DNA of 64,000 nucleotides from Bacillota bacterium. GTDB lineage: Bacteria > Sysuimicrobiota > Sysuimicrobiia > Sysuimicrobiales > Segetimicrobiaceae. Of this stretch, positions 35,632 through 45,169 are shown piece by piece (position 1 is the stretch's first letter; every line of letters begins with the position of its first letter). Location of the stretch: contig JAJPJJ010000082.1 of the NCBI GenBank assembly GCA_021324295.1, positions 13,092-77,091 on the forward strand, read 5' to 3'. The position numbers were made by a program, and so were the translations under genes. The notes under the pieces were generated by a model that saw only the letters and a list, made by a program, of their open reading frames with translations, had not been told where the DNA came from and ran no database searches.

Positions 35632-36447
35632 ATGCTCGTTCGGGCACCCCGTGAGTTCATCGGCAGGCTCCGGGCGGAGCGGTACGCGGTCCCGGCGTTC
35701 GACGTCTGCAACCTCGAGCTCGCGAAGGCGGTGCTGGAGGCTGCCGTCGAGGCGCGCGCGCCGGTGATCCTGGCCACCTACACCGGTGACCTCGCCCACG
35801 CGGGCCTGAGGCCGCTCGCGCGTCTCATCAAGGCGCTCGCGGAGGAGGCGCCGGTGCCCGTGATGCTCCACCTGGACCACGGTACCGGGTTCGAGCTCGC
35901 GGTGCGGTGCCTCGCGGAGGGGTACAGCTCGGTGATGTTCGACGGCTCCCACCTGCCTCTCGAGGACAACGTGCGTGAGGCGCGTGCGATCGCGGACGTG
36001 GCGCACGCGGTGGGCGCCGCGATGGAGGGGGAGGTCGGGAGCTTCGGCGGCGAGCAGGGTGCAGTGGTGCTGACCGAGCCCGCGGACGCTGCGGCGATGT
36101 TCGACCGCGGCGGGGTGGACCTGCTCGCCGTATCGGTCGGCTCGGTCCACGGCCAGGCGAGCCGCCTGGATCTGGGCCGGCTCGAGGAGATCGCGCGCCG
36201 CGCTCCGGGGCCGCTCGTGCTCCACGGCGGGAGCGGCATCCACCCGGACGATGTCCGCCGGGCCGTGGCCCTCGGCGTTGTGAAGCTGAACATCGGCCAC
36301 GCGTTGTTCGCGGCCTGGCTCGAGGGGCTCCGCGAGGGCCTCGCGGCGTCATCCGATCACTACGAGGTTCTGGCCCGGGGCATGGCGCGTGTGCGCGAGG
36401 AGGCGCGCCGGCGGTTCGTCCTGACCGGGGCCGCCGGCAAGGCGTAG
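35632..36447 (+). CDS. Class II fructose/tagatose/ketose-bisphosphate aldolase family protein
   Basis: …YAVPAFDVCNLELAKAVLEAAVEARAPVILA…MLHLDHGTGFE…VMFDGSHLPLEDN…LHGGSGI… class-II aldolase motifs. SD ggaggg upstream. Confidence 0.85.
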   Translation: MLVRAPREFIGRLRAERYAVPAFDVCNLELAKAVLEAAVEARAPVILATYTGDLAHAGLRPLARLIKALAEEAPVPVMLHLDHGTGFELAVRCLAEGYSSVMFDGSHLPLEDNVREARAIADVAHAVGAAMEGEVGSFGGEQGAVVLTEPADAAAMFDRGGVDLLAVSVGSVHGQASRLDLGRLEEIARRAPGPLVLHGGSGIHPDDVRRAVALGVVKLNIGHALFAAWLEGLREGLAASSDHYEVLARGMARVREEARRRFVLTGAAGKA

Positions 36448-36452
36448 GACCG

Positions 36453-37169
36453 CTAGGGGCCGTCGCCCAGCAGCGCGCGCAGCGGCACCACCTCGAGTCC
36501 CCGCGCCCTCAGCCCGGCGATCATCCGCGGCAGCGCCGCCCACGTCTCCGCGGGCGTGGACGGATGCCCGCCGCGGTCGTGCAGGTTCACGATCGCCCCG
36601 GGGTGCGCCCGGCGGATGACGTGCGCCGCCATGCGGGACGCCGGTGCGGGGAGGAGCCACCCCTCCGGCCGCAGCGACCACAGGATCCGCTCCTCGCCGA
36701 GCTGCCCGGCGCGCACGTAGGCCGCCCAGTTGAAGGCGCCCCACGGGGGCCGGAAGTACCGCGGCGCGAGGCCGGTCGCCTCCGCCACGGCCCAGGCACC
36801 CCGGTCCACCTCGGCGACGGACGCGGCCGGGGAGAGCAACCAGAGGTGCCGGTGGCTGTAAGTGTGGTTGCCGAGGTCATGCCCGGCGGAGGCGACCGCG
36901 CGCGCGACGGCCGGCACAGCCTCGACTTGGCGGCCGACCATGAAGAACGCCGCGCGCACGCCGGAGGCGGCCAGCGCGTCGAGGATGCGCGGCGTGTGCA
37001 CCGGATCGGGCCCGTCGTCAAATGTGAGCGCCACCATCGCCCGGGCCGGGCCGCGCTTCCTGACCCCGAGCCGCAGCCCGCCCGCTGCGGCCTGGGCGCC
37101 GATGGTATAGGCGGCTGTCCCGGCCAGCAGCGCGGCGGCGACCGCCGCCCATCGGCCCGCCTGCGGCAT
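36453..37169 (-). CDS. Polysaccharide deacetylase (NodB homology)
   Basis: …VALTFDDGPDPVHTPRILDAL…RAAFFMVG…LGNHTYSHRHL… NodB motifs. Signal/TM N-terminus. Confidence 0.8.
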   Translation of the reverse strand: MPQAGRWAAVAAALLAGTAAYTIGAQAAAGGLRLGVRKRGPARAMVALTFDDGPDPVHTPRILDALAASGVRAAFFMVGRQVEAVPAVARAVASAGHDLGNHTYSHRHLWLLSPAASVAEVDRGAWAVAEATGLAPRYFRPPWGAFNWAAYVRAGQLGEERILWSLRPEGWLLPAPASRMAAHVIRRAHPGAIVNLHDRGGHPSTPAETWAALPRMIAGLRARGLEVVPLRALLGDGP

Positions 37170-37183
37170 CGCGGCGGAGGGTG

Positions 37184-38338
37184 CTACCCCTCCACCGCGC
37201 GCCCGCGCCACTGGGTGGACGCGCCCGCGGCGAGCAGCAGGAGGCCCCCGCTCAGGTAGAAGGGGGACGAGGGGTTAGACCACTGCCACAGGAGCCCGCC
37301 GACCAACGGCCCGATGATCCCGCCCATGCCTTCGATCGTCATCGCCACGCCGAGCCCCGCGCCGCGGACGTCGGCGGGCAGGAGGCGGAGCAGGATGCTG
37401 TTCCACGCCGGCAGGACGAAAGCGTAGCCGACCCCGATCCCGACCACGTCCACCACGAGGGCCCACATCGAGCGGCAGAGCGGCAGCGCGATCAGCAGCA
37501 GCGCCACCGCGCCGAGGCCGATCGTATACGTCCGCCGCCGCCCGAGGCGGTCGCCCATGCGCCCCGCCTGCTCCATGAGCCCAAGCGCGACCCCGGGCCC
37601 GAGCAGCAGCAGGAGGAAGAGGTGCCGCTCGTCGAGCCCGCGGATATCCTGCAGGTACGGGACCACGATCGGGATGAGCACGCCCGCGGCGATGATCTGG
37701 GGCACCAGGCTGGTCGCGAGCGTTGCGAGCGCGCGCAGCATCAAGGCGATGAGCTTCCGCGTCGCCGGGGCGCGTGGGAGCGTCCGCACGGGGGTCTCCG
37801 GCGGGATACCGAACCCGAGGACCGACGCGCCGAGGAGGGGCAGCAAGAACACGGCCAGCGAGACCGGGTGGCTCGCGCGGCTGATCAGCGTCGCGAGGGC
37901 GATCCCCATGCCGCCTCCGAGGAACCACGTCGAGAACAGCCGCCCCAACAGGCCGCCGACGCCGTCGGCGGTCTCGCGGGTGAGGCGTGTCAGCGCCGCC
38001 GGCCACAGCGGTGAGGCGCCGGCCCCCATGATGGCCAGCATCACAAACACCTGCCAGGTAGCCCGGGAGAAGATGAGGCCGGCGTACGCGGCGAGGTACA
38101 ACCAGAACCCGCCGAGCAGCAACCTCCGCGTCCCCAGCCGGTCGACCATCCACCCCGCCAGCAGCTTGAGGGCGACCTCGGTGAAGAAGTACGTCGATAC
38201 CGCGGCGCCCGTGGTCCCCATCGCCCACCCGAACCGCTGGGTGAGCATCGTCGGCAGCAGGACGAACAGCAGCGCGCCGTGGACGAACTCGACCAGTGCG
38301 ATCGTGATCGCCAGCAGCGTGACTTCGCTTTGGAGCAT
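37184..38338 (-). CDS. MFS transporter
   Basis: 12-TM hydrophobic profile with an MFS-like …GWMVDRLGTRRLLL… loop motif. Confidence 0.8.
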   Translation of the reverse strand: MLQSEVTLLAITIALVEFVHGALLFVLLPTMLTQRFGWAMGTTGAAVSTYFFTEVALKLLAGWMVDRLGTRRLLLGGFWLYLAAYAGLIFSRATWQVFVMLAIMGAGASPLWPAALTRLTRETADGVGGLLGRLFSTWFLGGGMGIALATLISRASHPVSLAVFLLPLLGASVLGFGIPPETPVRTLPRAPATRKLIALMLRALATLATSLVPQIIAAGVLIPIVVPYLQDIRGLDERHLFLLLLLGPGVALGLMEQAGRMGDRLGRRRTYTIGLGAVALLLIALPLCRSMWALVVDVVGIGVGYAFVLPAWNSILLRLLPADVRGAGLGVAMTIEGMGGIIGPLVGGLLWQWSNPSSPFYLSGGLLLLAAGASTQWRGRAVEG

Positions 38339-39511
38339 TCAGGGAGCCGGCGACGAGGCGGTGAGCGCCGGCGGCGGCGGAGGAGCCCCGGCCGAGCCGC
38401 GCGCCAGGGAGGCGAGGTGCGCGGTCACGATCCGCACGGCGTCCGGGCGGGCGAGCGCCGCGGCGGCCTGGCGCATCGCCGCCAGGCGGTCCGGGTGCAC
38501 GAGCAGATCCTCCAGCATCGTGCGGAGCTGGGCCGGCGTCCGGGGCGCGAGGGCAGCGCCGTGGCTGACCAGGAAGCGGGTGTTGCCTTCCTCCTGGCCG
38601 GGGATCGGCCGGTAGATGAGCATCGGCAGATGCTTCGCGAGCGCCTCGCTCACGGTGATCCCGCCGGCCTTCGTGATCAGCAGGTCCGTCACCGTCATCA
38701 GCTCCTCGACGTCGTCCACGTAGCCGAAGACGCGCACGGGATGCCGGGCGCCGGCGGCACGCGCCCGCGCCCGGGCGGCGAGCCGGCGGTCGTACCCGCA
38801 GACGACCACCACCTGGATCGGGTGGGGCAGCTCTGCGAGCACGCGGACGACGTCGAGGACGCCGCCCAGCATCGCGTAGGCGCCGGCCATGACGAGGACC
38901 ACCGGCACGCCGGGCACGAGGCCGAGCCGCGCCAGCACCGCTACGCGGTCCACCGGGCGCTGGAACTTCAGGTTGATCGGCAGCCCCGAGACGACGATTC
39001 GCTCCGGGAGGATCCCGCGCGCGATGAGGCCGTCCCGCACAAGCGAGTTCGGCACACAGTAGCGGTCCACGTGCGGGTGCGTCCACTGGCTGTGGTTCAC
39101 GTAGTCCGTGATCACGGTCACGCACGGCACGCTGGTGCGGCCCGCCGCGTGCAGATCGGACATCGTCCCGGCCGGGGTGCAGTGCACGCAGCAGACGACG
39201 TCGGGGCGCTCCTCGCGCAGGTACCGCTCGAGGCGCTGCATCCCCATCCCGTTGATCGTGCGCTGCACGAGCGAGTCCGGGCGCACGTCCCCCGTGAGCT
39301 TGTAGAACAGGCCGTACATCACGGGTGCCCGCCGGACGCTCTGCACGTACGAAAAGCGCGTCACCGCGTCGAACAGCGGGTGGACAAACTGAGTGAAGTA
39401 GTCCACGACGTCCACCCTGCCGCCGGTCTGCGCCCGCCACTCCTCGGCGATCGCCTCGGCGGTGCGCATGTGACCTCCGCCGTACTTGCAGGAGAGGATC
39501 GAGAGGAACAT
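38339..39511 (-). CDS. Monogalactosyldiacylglycerol synthase/UgtP-like glycolipid glycosyltransferase (GT28)
   Basis: MFLSILSCKYGGGHMRTAEAIAEEW… N-terminus is typical of the MGDG synthase/UgtP family. C-terminal GT-B …LITKAGGITVSEAL…. Confidence 0.8.
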   Translation of the reverse strand: MFLSILSCKYGGGHMRTAEAIAEEWRAQTGGRVDVVDYFTQFVHPLFDAVTRFSYVQSVRRAPVMYGLFYKLTGDVRPDSLVQRTINGMGMQRLERYLREERPDVVCCVHCTPAGTMSDLHAAGRTSVPCVTVITDYVNHSQWTHPHVDRYCVPNSLVRDGLIARGILPERIVVSGLPINLKFQRPVDRVAVLARLGLVPGVPVVLVMAGAYAMLGGVLDVVRVLAELPHPIQVVVVCGYDRRLAARARARAAGARHPVRVFGYVDDVEELMTVTDLLITKAGGITVSEALAKHLPMLIYRPIPGQEEGNTRFLVSHGAALAPRTPAQLRTMLEDLLVHPDRLAAMRQAAAALARPDAVRIVTAHLASLARGSAGAPPPPPALTASSPAP

Positions 39512-39516
39512 TGGGC

Positions 39517-40488
39517 CTAGAGCACCTCGCTCGCGACGCGGCCGGCCGCCATGGCGGCCGGCGGCATGACCTCGCCCGCGAGCGCGGGGGGCGCGGGGTG
39601 CATCACCAGGATCCGCAGCGGCAGGAGCGACAGCTCGAACGTCTGGCTCGGGCCGATCAGGCTGCCGTCCACCTGCGCTTCCTGCCGTTGGTCCAGCCGG
39701 ATCGTGAGGTGCGAGCAGCGCTGCACGCTCAGCTCGGGCACCGGCAGGCGCCGCAGCAGCCGCGCCGCCTTGCGCAGCCGGCGCGTCCCCAGCTCCTCGA
39801 GCAGGTAGACATCGAGGAGCCCGTCCGTGAGGCTCGGTGAGGGCAGCGCGAGCAGCCGCTCGCCGTAGATGCGGCCGTTCGCGGCGGCGATCATGAGCAC
39901 CCGTCCGCGGAACACGCGGTCGCCGGCCTGCACCTCCGCCGGGAACGGATCGAACCCGGATGACAAGAGGAGCAGCGCCGCGAGGTAGTATACGGACCGG
40001 TTGCGGGCGAAGCGGTAGCGGGCGCGCAGCGCGTTGACCATCTTCACGACCTCGGCGTCCGCGCCGAGGCCGAAGGTGTTGAGGAAGTACCGGCCGTTGA
40101 CCCTGCCGACGTCGATCGCGCACGCGCGACCACGCAGCAGGATCTCCGCCGCGCGCTCCGGGTTCTTCGGGATCCCCAGCGACCGCATGATCTCGTTGCC
40201 GGTCCCGCAGGGCACGATCCCGAGCGGCAGGCTCGCCCCGCTCTGCACGATGGCGTTCACGGTGCCGCTGATCGTGCCGTCGCCGCCGAGCACGGCGATC
40301 TGGTGGAACTCCCGGCCGTTCTGCCGCAGGGTCGTGCCCACCAGGTACGCGGCGGCGTCCGCGGTCGGCGCGACGACCAGCTCATACGCATGCCCGGCAC
40401 GCCGAAGCGCGCTCGTCACGAGCGGCAGCGTGTCGCGGGCGCGGCCGCCGCCGGAACGGAGGTTGGCGACGATCAGGGTCGCAGGCAT
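39517..40488 (-). CDS. Diacylglycerol/lipid kinase catalytic-domain protein (YegS/DagK-like)
   Basis: …IAVLGGDGTISGTVNAI…LGIVPCGTGNEIMRSLGIP… DAGK_cat motifs. Confidence 0.85.
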   Translation of the reverse strand: MPATLIVANLRSGGGRARDTLPLVTSALRRAGHAYELVVAPTADAAAYLVGTTLRQNGREFHQIAVLGGDGTISGTVNAIVQSGASLPLGIVPCGTGNEIMRSLGIPKNPERAAEILLRGRACAIDVGRVNGRYFLNTFGLGADAEVVKMVNALRARYRFARNRSVYYLAALLLLSSGFDPFPAEVQAGDRVFRGRVLMIAAANGRIYGERLLALPSPSLTDGLLDVYLLEELGTRRLRKAARLLRRLPVPELSVQRCSHLTIRLDQRQEAQVDGSLIGPSQTFELSLLPLRILVMHPAPPALAGEVMPPAAMAAGRVASEVL

Positions 40489-40877
40489 CCCCTCACGGTC
40501 CCACAGTCATCGAGGTGATGTGCACTCCGGGTGGTCCGTAGGGTCCGGCACGGCATTCAACCGCTTCATTATGTATAGAATGCCCCCGATGTGTCAAACA
40601 ACCGAACATACTTTCACACGGGACAGCACAACTCCCCCTCGGGCCGACGCCTATCTGAGCATATAGTCCCGTTCCTGCCGGCGCATCCTCCCCGCGCGTG
40701 GCGGCCCCAGGGAAACGGCGTCGAGGCGTAGAATCCGGCGGGGTCAGACGGCCGCGCGCCTCGCGCGGCCGGCCCGTGTCCGCACGTCACAGACGTCGCA
40801 GGTGGAGGTGCAGCGTGGCATACGCGGGCGGCGCATCGGAGTTCGGGGTGCGTCCTGCGGCGGTGGGCCGGCGTGGC

Positions 40878-42554
40878 ATGGTGGCGTCGGCCAACCCGCT
40901 CGCCACGCAGGCCGGCCTCCGGATGCTGGCCGCCGGCGGCAACGCCGTGGACGCGGTGGTCGCCACCGCGGCCGCGATCACGGTTGTCGAGCCGTACTTC
41001 TCCGGTGTCGGCGGGATCGGCCTCGCTGTGCTCTCGCTCCCCGGCGGCGAGACGCGTACGCTGAACTTCATGGGTCGTAGCCCCCGCGCCGCGCGGCCGG
41101 AGCTGTTCACCGCCGAGACGCAGGACCTCGGCCCGCTCGCCCCGATGATCCCCGGCAACGTCGCCGGGTGGGCGCGCCTGCACGCGGAGCACGGGAGCCT
41201 GCCGTGGGCACAGGTGCTCGAGCCTGCGATCGAGCTCGCGGAGCGCGGGGCGCCGGTGACGCTCTTCGATCACGTGCGCACCGCGGCGGCTGTGGCGCGG
41301 CTTGCGCCGTTTCCCGACGCGGCGCGGACGTACTTGAAGGATGGCCGGCCCTACGAGCCCGGGGAGGCGCTGCGCCAGCCCGGCCTGGCCACGACCCTCC
41401 GGAGGCTCGCGACCGAGGGGTGGAAGGACTTCTACGACGGGTCGATCGCCGACACGATCGCACGCTACCTCGCCGCGCACGGCGGGCTGATCGACAGTGA
41501 AGACCTCCGCGCTTACCCCGACACGCTCCGCTGGGAGCCGCCGGTCACCGCGCACTACCGCGGCTACGACGTGCGTACCACCCCGCCCCCGAGCAGCGCC
41601 GTGCAGGTTCTCCAGACGCTGCGCATCGTCGAGGGATGGGACCTCGACGAGCTCGATCCCCTCGGCCCCGAGTACCTGGCGCTCGTCGCCGAGGCGATCC
41701 GGCTCGCGCGTATGGACGCCGCCACCCACGTCGCCGATCCGCAGTTCGTCGAGGTGCCGATCGCCTGGATGCTCTCCGAGCAGCGGGTCGGCGAGTTGCG
41801 CGCCGAGGTCGACCGCCGCCTCAAGGCGGCCCGCCGCCGGGCGTCCCGCGCTCCCGCGCGCGTGCGCCCGGCCGCCCGCATCCGTCGCGCCCGCCGGGCC
41901 CCGGAGCGCTCGACGACACATCTCGCCGCCGCGGACGCGAGCGGCCTCGCGGTCAACATCACGCAGACCCTCGGCGGCGCCTACGGCAGCGGCGTCGTCG
42001 TCGGCGACACCGGGATCGCGCTCAACAACGGGCACCACTGGTGCACGCTCGTCCCGGGCGATCCCAAGCTCATCGCGCCCGGCAAGCGCCGCGAGACGCC
42101 GTCCTCTCCGGTGCACACCTTCGGGCTCCACGGCGTGCCCGCCGCGCCCACGCACTCCTTCGGGATCGACCCGCTGGGACCCGCACACGCCGCGCGGGGC
42201 GGCCGCCTTGCGTTCCTCATCGGCACGCCGGGTTCCTACGGCATCCCGCAGACCACGGCTCAGATCATCCTCGGCCTGATCGACTTCGGCCGCAACATCC
42301 AGGACGCGATCGCCGCGCCGCGGTTCAGGTGGAAGGACGACGTCGGCGACCCGCTGCCGCCGAGGGAGCTGCTCCTTGAAGCGCGCTTCGCCCCCGCCAC
42401 GAGGAAGGCGCTCGCCGCCCGCGGCTACCGGGTCGAGCTCCTCGAGGAATGGTCCGTACGGGTCGGCGGCGCGCAGGGCATCGTGTTCCGCGAGGATGGG
42501 TGGATGCTGGGCGGCGCCGACCCGCGCCGCAACGGCTACGCGATGGGGTGGTAG
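40878..42554 (+). CDS. ggt: Gamma-glutamyltransferase
   Basis: …MVASANPLATQAGLRMLAAGGNAVDAVVATAAAITVVEPYFSGVGGIG… and the catalytic Thr region …TTHLAAADASGLAVNITQTLGGAYGSGVVV…. The start may lie upstream (ORF opens at 40698). Confidence 0.85.
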   Translation: MVASANPLATQAGLRMLAAGGNAVDAVVATAAAITVVEPYFSGVGGIGLAVLSLPGGETRTLNFMGRSPRAARPELFTAETQDLGPLAPMIPGNVAGWARLHAEHGSLPWAQVLEPAIELAERGAPVTLFDHVRTAAAVARLAPFPDAARTYLKDGRPYEPGEALRQPGLATTLRRLATEGWKDFYDGSIADTIARYLAAHGGLIDSEDLRAYPDTLRWEPPVTAHYRGYDVRTTPPPSSAVQVLQTLRIVEGWDLDELDPLGPEYLALVAEAIRLARMDAATHVADPQFVEVPIAWMLSEQRVGELRAEVDRRLKAARRRASRAPARVRPAARIRRARRAPERSTTHLAAADASGLAVNITQTLGGAYGSGVVVGDTGIALNNGHHWCTLVPGDPKLIAPGKRRETPSSPVHTFGLHGVPAAPTHSFGIDPLGPAHAARGGRLAFLIGTPGSYGIPQTTAQIILGLIDFGRNIQDAIAAPRFRWKDDVGDPLPPRELLLEARFAPATRKALAARGYRVELLEEWSVRVGGAQGIVFREDGWMLGGADPRRNGYAMGW

Positions 42555-42625
42555 GGCGGGCCCGCTTGCTGATGCTGCTTGATCCGGGCGAAGGACCCCG
42601 CGACGCCGGGAGAAGGGGGACCGCG

Positions 42626-42781
42626 GTGCGCATCTCCAACTGGGGCATGTTCCTGCTCGGGATCTACCTGATCCTCGTGGGATTGAGCTCGTTCGGGATC
42701 TTCTTCGGGCTCGGGCAGATCACCGGGCTCATCGCTCTCATCGCCGGCATCCTCGTCCTGATGGAGCACTGGCGGCGATAA
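42626..42781 (+). CDS. Small hydrophobic membrane protein (51 aa)
   Basis: GTG preceded by SD agaaggggga (5-nt spacing). Two predicted TM helices (…MFLLGIYLILVGLSSFGIFFGLGQITGLIALIAGILVLM…). Codon bias matches the genome. Confidence 0.45.
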   Translation: MRISNWGMFLLGIYLILVGLSSFGIFFGLGQITGLIALIAGILVLMEHWRR

Positions 42782-42967
42782 CCCGGCGCGGACACCGCAG
42801 TGGACGCCCGGCGGCGCATGGCGGTCAATGCGGACCCTTGTGGAGGTGCGTCCTGAACCTTCGGGGCAGGGCTCGAGGCATCGCGTCGCCGTCCGGTAGC
42901 GCTGCCCATGAAGCCGATCGACGTGTTGTCCTGGCGGCGTGCCTCTTGTATACTGGCTGCGAGGCGA

Positions 42968-43042
42968 GCCGGCGTAGCTCAGTGGGAGAGCAGCGCACTC
43001 GTAATGCGCAGGTCAGGGGTTCGAATCCCCTCGCCGGCTCCA
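42968..43042 (+). tRNA. tRNA-Thr (anticodon CGT)
   Basis: Cloverleaf readable by eye. Acceptor gccggcg/cgccggc, D-arm tagctcagtgggagagc, anticodon stem gcgca/tgcgc with loop ctCGTaa, T-arm ggggttcgaatcccc, encoded CCA. Confidence 0.9.
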
Positions 43043-43249
43043 GATCTTGCCGAGGGTTCCGCGAACCTGGATTCCCGCGTAACTGCCTGTTGTGGCACCC
43101 TTGTTGACCACCCCCGCGTCGGATTCGTCCCGCAGCCGACAGCGTTGGAAAACACGCGCCGCCGCGAGCCGACGTGCTCCGGCCTCCTGGTCGGGTGAAC
43201 CTCTCGGTGTTCGGCGGGTGCCGCAGGCAACACCGGCGAATGATCCAGT

Positions 43250-45169
43250 ATGAGTATGACGCTCGCGCGCTTCAAACGGCTTCCCCGACGATCCGACGAG
43301 TGGCAGGGCGGCCTCGTCCGGCTGCCGAGCTGGATCGAGCGCGGTCCGGGTGGCCAGCCGTACCGTCCCTGGGCGGGGATTTGGGTCAGCCGCAAGACCG
43401 GATTCGTCCACCTCAAGATCGAGCCGGCGCCGGGCTCGCACGACTGGACCCTGGCGTTGGATGCACTCGTCGAGTTCGGGCTGAAGCGGCATCTCACCGG
43501 TTATCGGCCGGGGACACTCGAGGTGGCGGACAGGGAACTGGGCGTCCGCCTTCTCGACGCCCTGGGGGACCAGGATCTTGCGCTCACGGTCTTGCCCGAT
43601 CTCCCTGCCGTGCAGCGCGTGCTCGCCGAGATGGCGGAGCATATGAGCGGCGCACCGCTGCCGCCGAATGCCCTGGACGCCGCCGGCGTGACCGTGGACC
43701 GGATGCGGGCGTTTGCCGAGGCGGCCAAGAGTTTCTACGAAGCCGCGCCCTGGCGCCATCTTTCGAACGAGGACCTGATTCACGTGGAGGCGCCTGGGAT
43801 AGGGCGCGGGCTCAGTTACCTGACCGTTCTCGGCGCAGGCGGGCAGACCTTCGGCCTCGGCTTCTTCGAGTCCGTCGTCGACTTCACCGAGACCGAGGCT
43901 GCGCCGCGGCCGGAGCGCTTCCTGGCGCGGGCGCGGTGGTCGCTCTTCTACGGCCCGATCTCGCATTTGCCCTTCGGCGACGCGGATCTCTGGGAGGAGC
44001 ACAGCCTGCCGGTCGCCGGGGACGACGCGTATCCTGTGGCCATCCAATTCCACCCTGGCGGGGAACCGCGCCGGCCGGATGCCGGTGTGCTCTCCTATCT
44101 GGAGGGCCTGCTCCGCGCGCTTGCCGGGACCACCGAGGGCGAGATGGACCAGGGGCGCTGGACGCGTCAGGTGGAGACCTGCGAAGGACCGGCAACGTAC
44201 CGGCTCTGCCTCCCGCACCTGCTCGAGCCGCTCGACGCGCCGTCGGCCGCGCCGCGAGCCGGCCTATCGGACCGCAGAGCGATGGAGCGCGTCATGCTGG
44301 AGGTGGAACGCTTTGTCGCAAGCTCGGCATTCGACGACATCGATCAGGCCAACGAAGCGATCCGTCGGCGCTTCAGCGGTCCCATGGACGCCATCCCGTC
44401 GACCGCCGCGACGCCGCTCGAGAAGGCGCAGGAGCTGGCCTACCGGGCGTTCGAGGCGCGCGGACGTCGCCGGCTCCAGTTGGCCCGCAGAGCACTGGAG
44501 CTATCCGGCGACTGCGCCGACGCCTATGTGATCCTGGCCGAATGGACGGGCGACCTCGTGCAGGCGCGTGACCTCTATGCGCAGGGCGTCGCCGCCGGCG
44601 AGCGTGCGCTTGGGTCGCGGGCATTCGCTGAGCACGCCGGGCACTTCTGGGGGATGATTACCACCCGGCCCTACATGCGCGCCCGCTTCGGGCTCGCGCA
44701 ATGCCTGGAGGAACTCGGCCTGCGGGACGAGGCGATCGGCCATTACCGGGAGCTCCTCCATCTGAATCCGAATGACAATCAGGGCGTCCGCTACAGCCTC
44801 CTTGCGGCGCTGCTGGTCTCGGGCGTCGACGATGAGGCCGGAGCGCTCCTCCAGCAGTTCCCAGACGAGGCGAGCGCCATGTGGCTGTACGGCCGGGCGC
44901 TGTGGACGTTCCGCCGTGAAGGCGACGGCCCGGCTGTGCGCGCGAGCTTGCGCCGGGCACTGAGCGCCAACCGCCGCGTCCCGAAGTACCTGACCAGAAG
45001 GGAGGAATTGCCGCCTACCGACCCGCCCTCGTATGGGCTGGGTAGCGAAGAGGAGGCGGTCATCTGCGCCCGAGCTCTGGCGGATGCGTGGCACGCCACG
45101 CCAGGCGCTGTGGAATGGTTGCGAACAGAGACCAGCGCGAAGACGTCGCGAAGGCGGCGGAGATCGTGA
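43250..45169 (+). CDS. Hypothetical protein with a C-terminal ST7 (suppression of tumorigenicity 7)-family homology region / TPR-like helices
   Basis: C-terminal ~250 aa align colinearly with eukaryotic ST7 as I recall it (…CADAYVILAE…, …YMRARFGLAQCLEELGLRDEAI…, …ANRRVPKYL…PP…). Confidence 0.7.
   Translation: MSMTLARFKRLPRRSDEWQGGLVRLPSWIERGPGGQPYRPWAGIWVSRKTGFVHLKIEPAPGSHDWTLALDALVEFGLKRHLTGYRPGTLEVADRELGVRLLDALGDQDLALTVLPDLPAVQRVLAEMAEHMSGAPLPPNALDAAGVTVDRMRAFAEAAKSFYEAAPWRHLSNEDLIHVEAPGIGRGLSYLTVLGAGGQTFGLGFFESVVDFTETEAAPRPERFLARARWSLFYGPISHLPFGDADLWEEHSLPVAGDDAYPVAIQFHPGGEPRRPDAGVLSYLEGLLRALAGTTEGEMDQGRWTRQVETCEGPATYRLCLPHLLEPLDAPSAAPRAGLSDRRAMERVMLEVERFVASSAFDDIDQANEAIRRRFSGPMDAIPSTAATPLEKAQELAYRAFEARGRRRLQLARRALELSGDCADAYVILAEWTGDLVQARDLYAQGVAAGERALGSRAFAEHAGHFWGMITTRPYMRARFGLAQCLEELGLRDEAIGHYRELLHLNPNDNQGVRYSLLAALLVSGVDDEAGALLQQFPDEASAMWLYGRALWTFRREGDGPAVRASLRRALSANRRVPKYLTRREELPPTDPPSYGLGSEEEAVICARALADAWHATPGAVEWLRTETSAKTSRRRRRS

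Noticed and set aside
29684-35647. 1987-aa minus-strand ORF spanning the whole sugar ABC/kinase/aldolase cluster
   Set aside because: Low-complexity Arg/Pro/Gly-rich translation antisense to five well-supported plus-strand genes. This is a classic high-GC shadow ORF.
42968-45169. Possible integrative element at the tRNA-Thr 3' end
   Set aside because: No integrase, recombinase, phage gene or obvious repeat of the tRNA 3' end within the next several kb. Downstream genes are ordinary metabolic or transport genes. Only the ST7-like gene is unusual.
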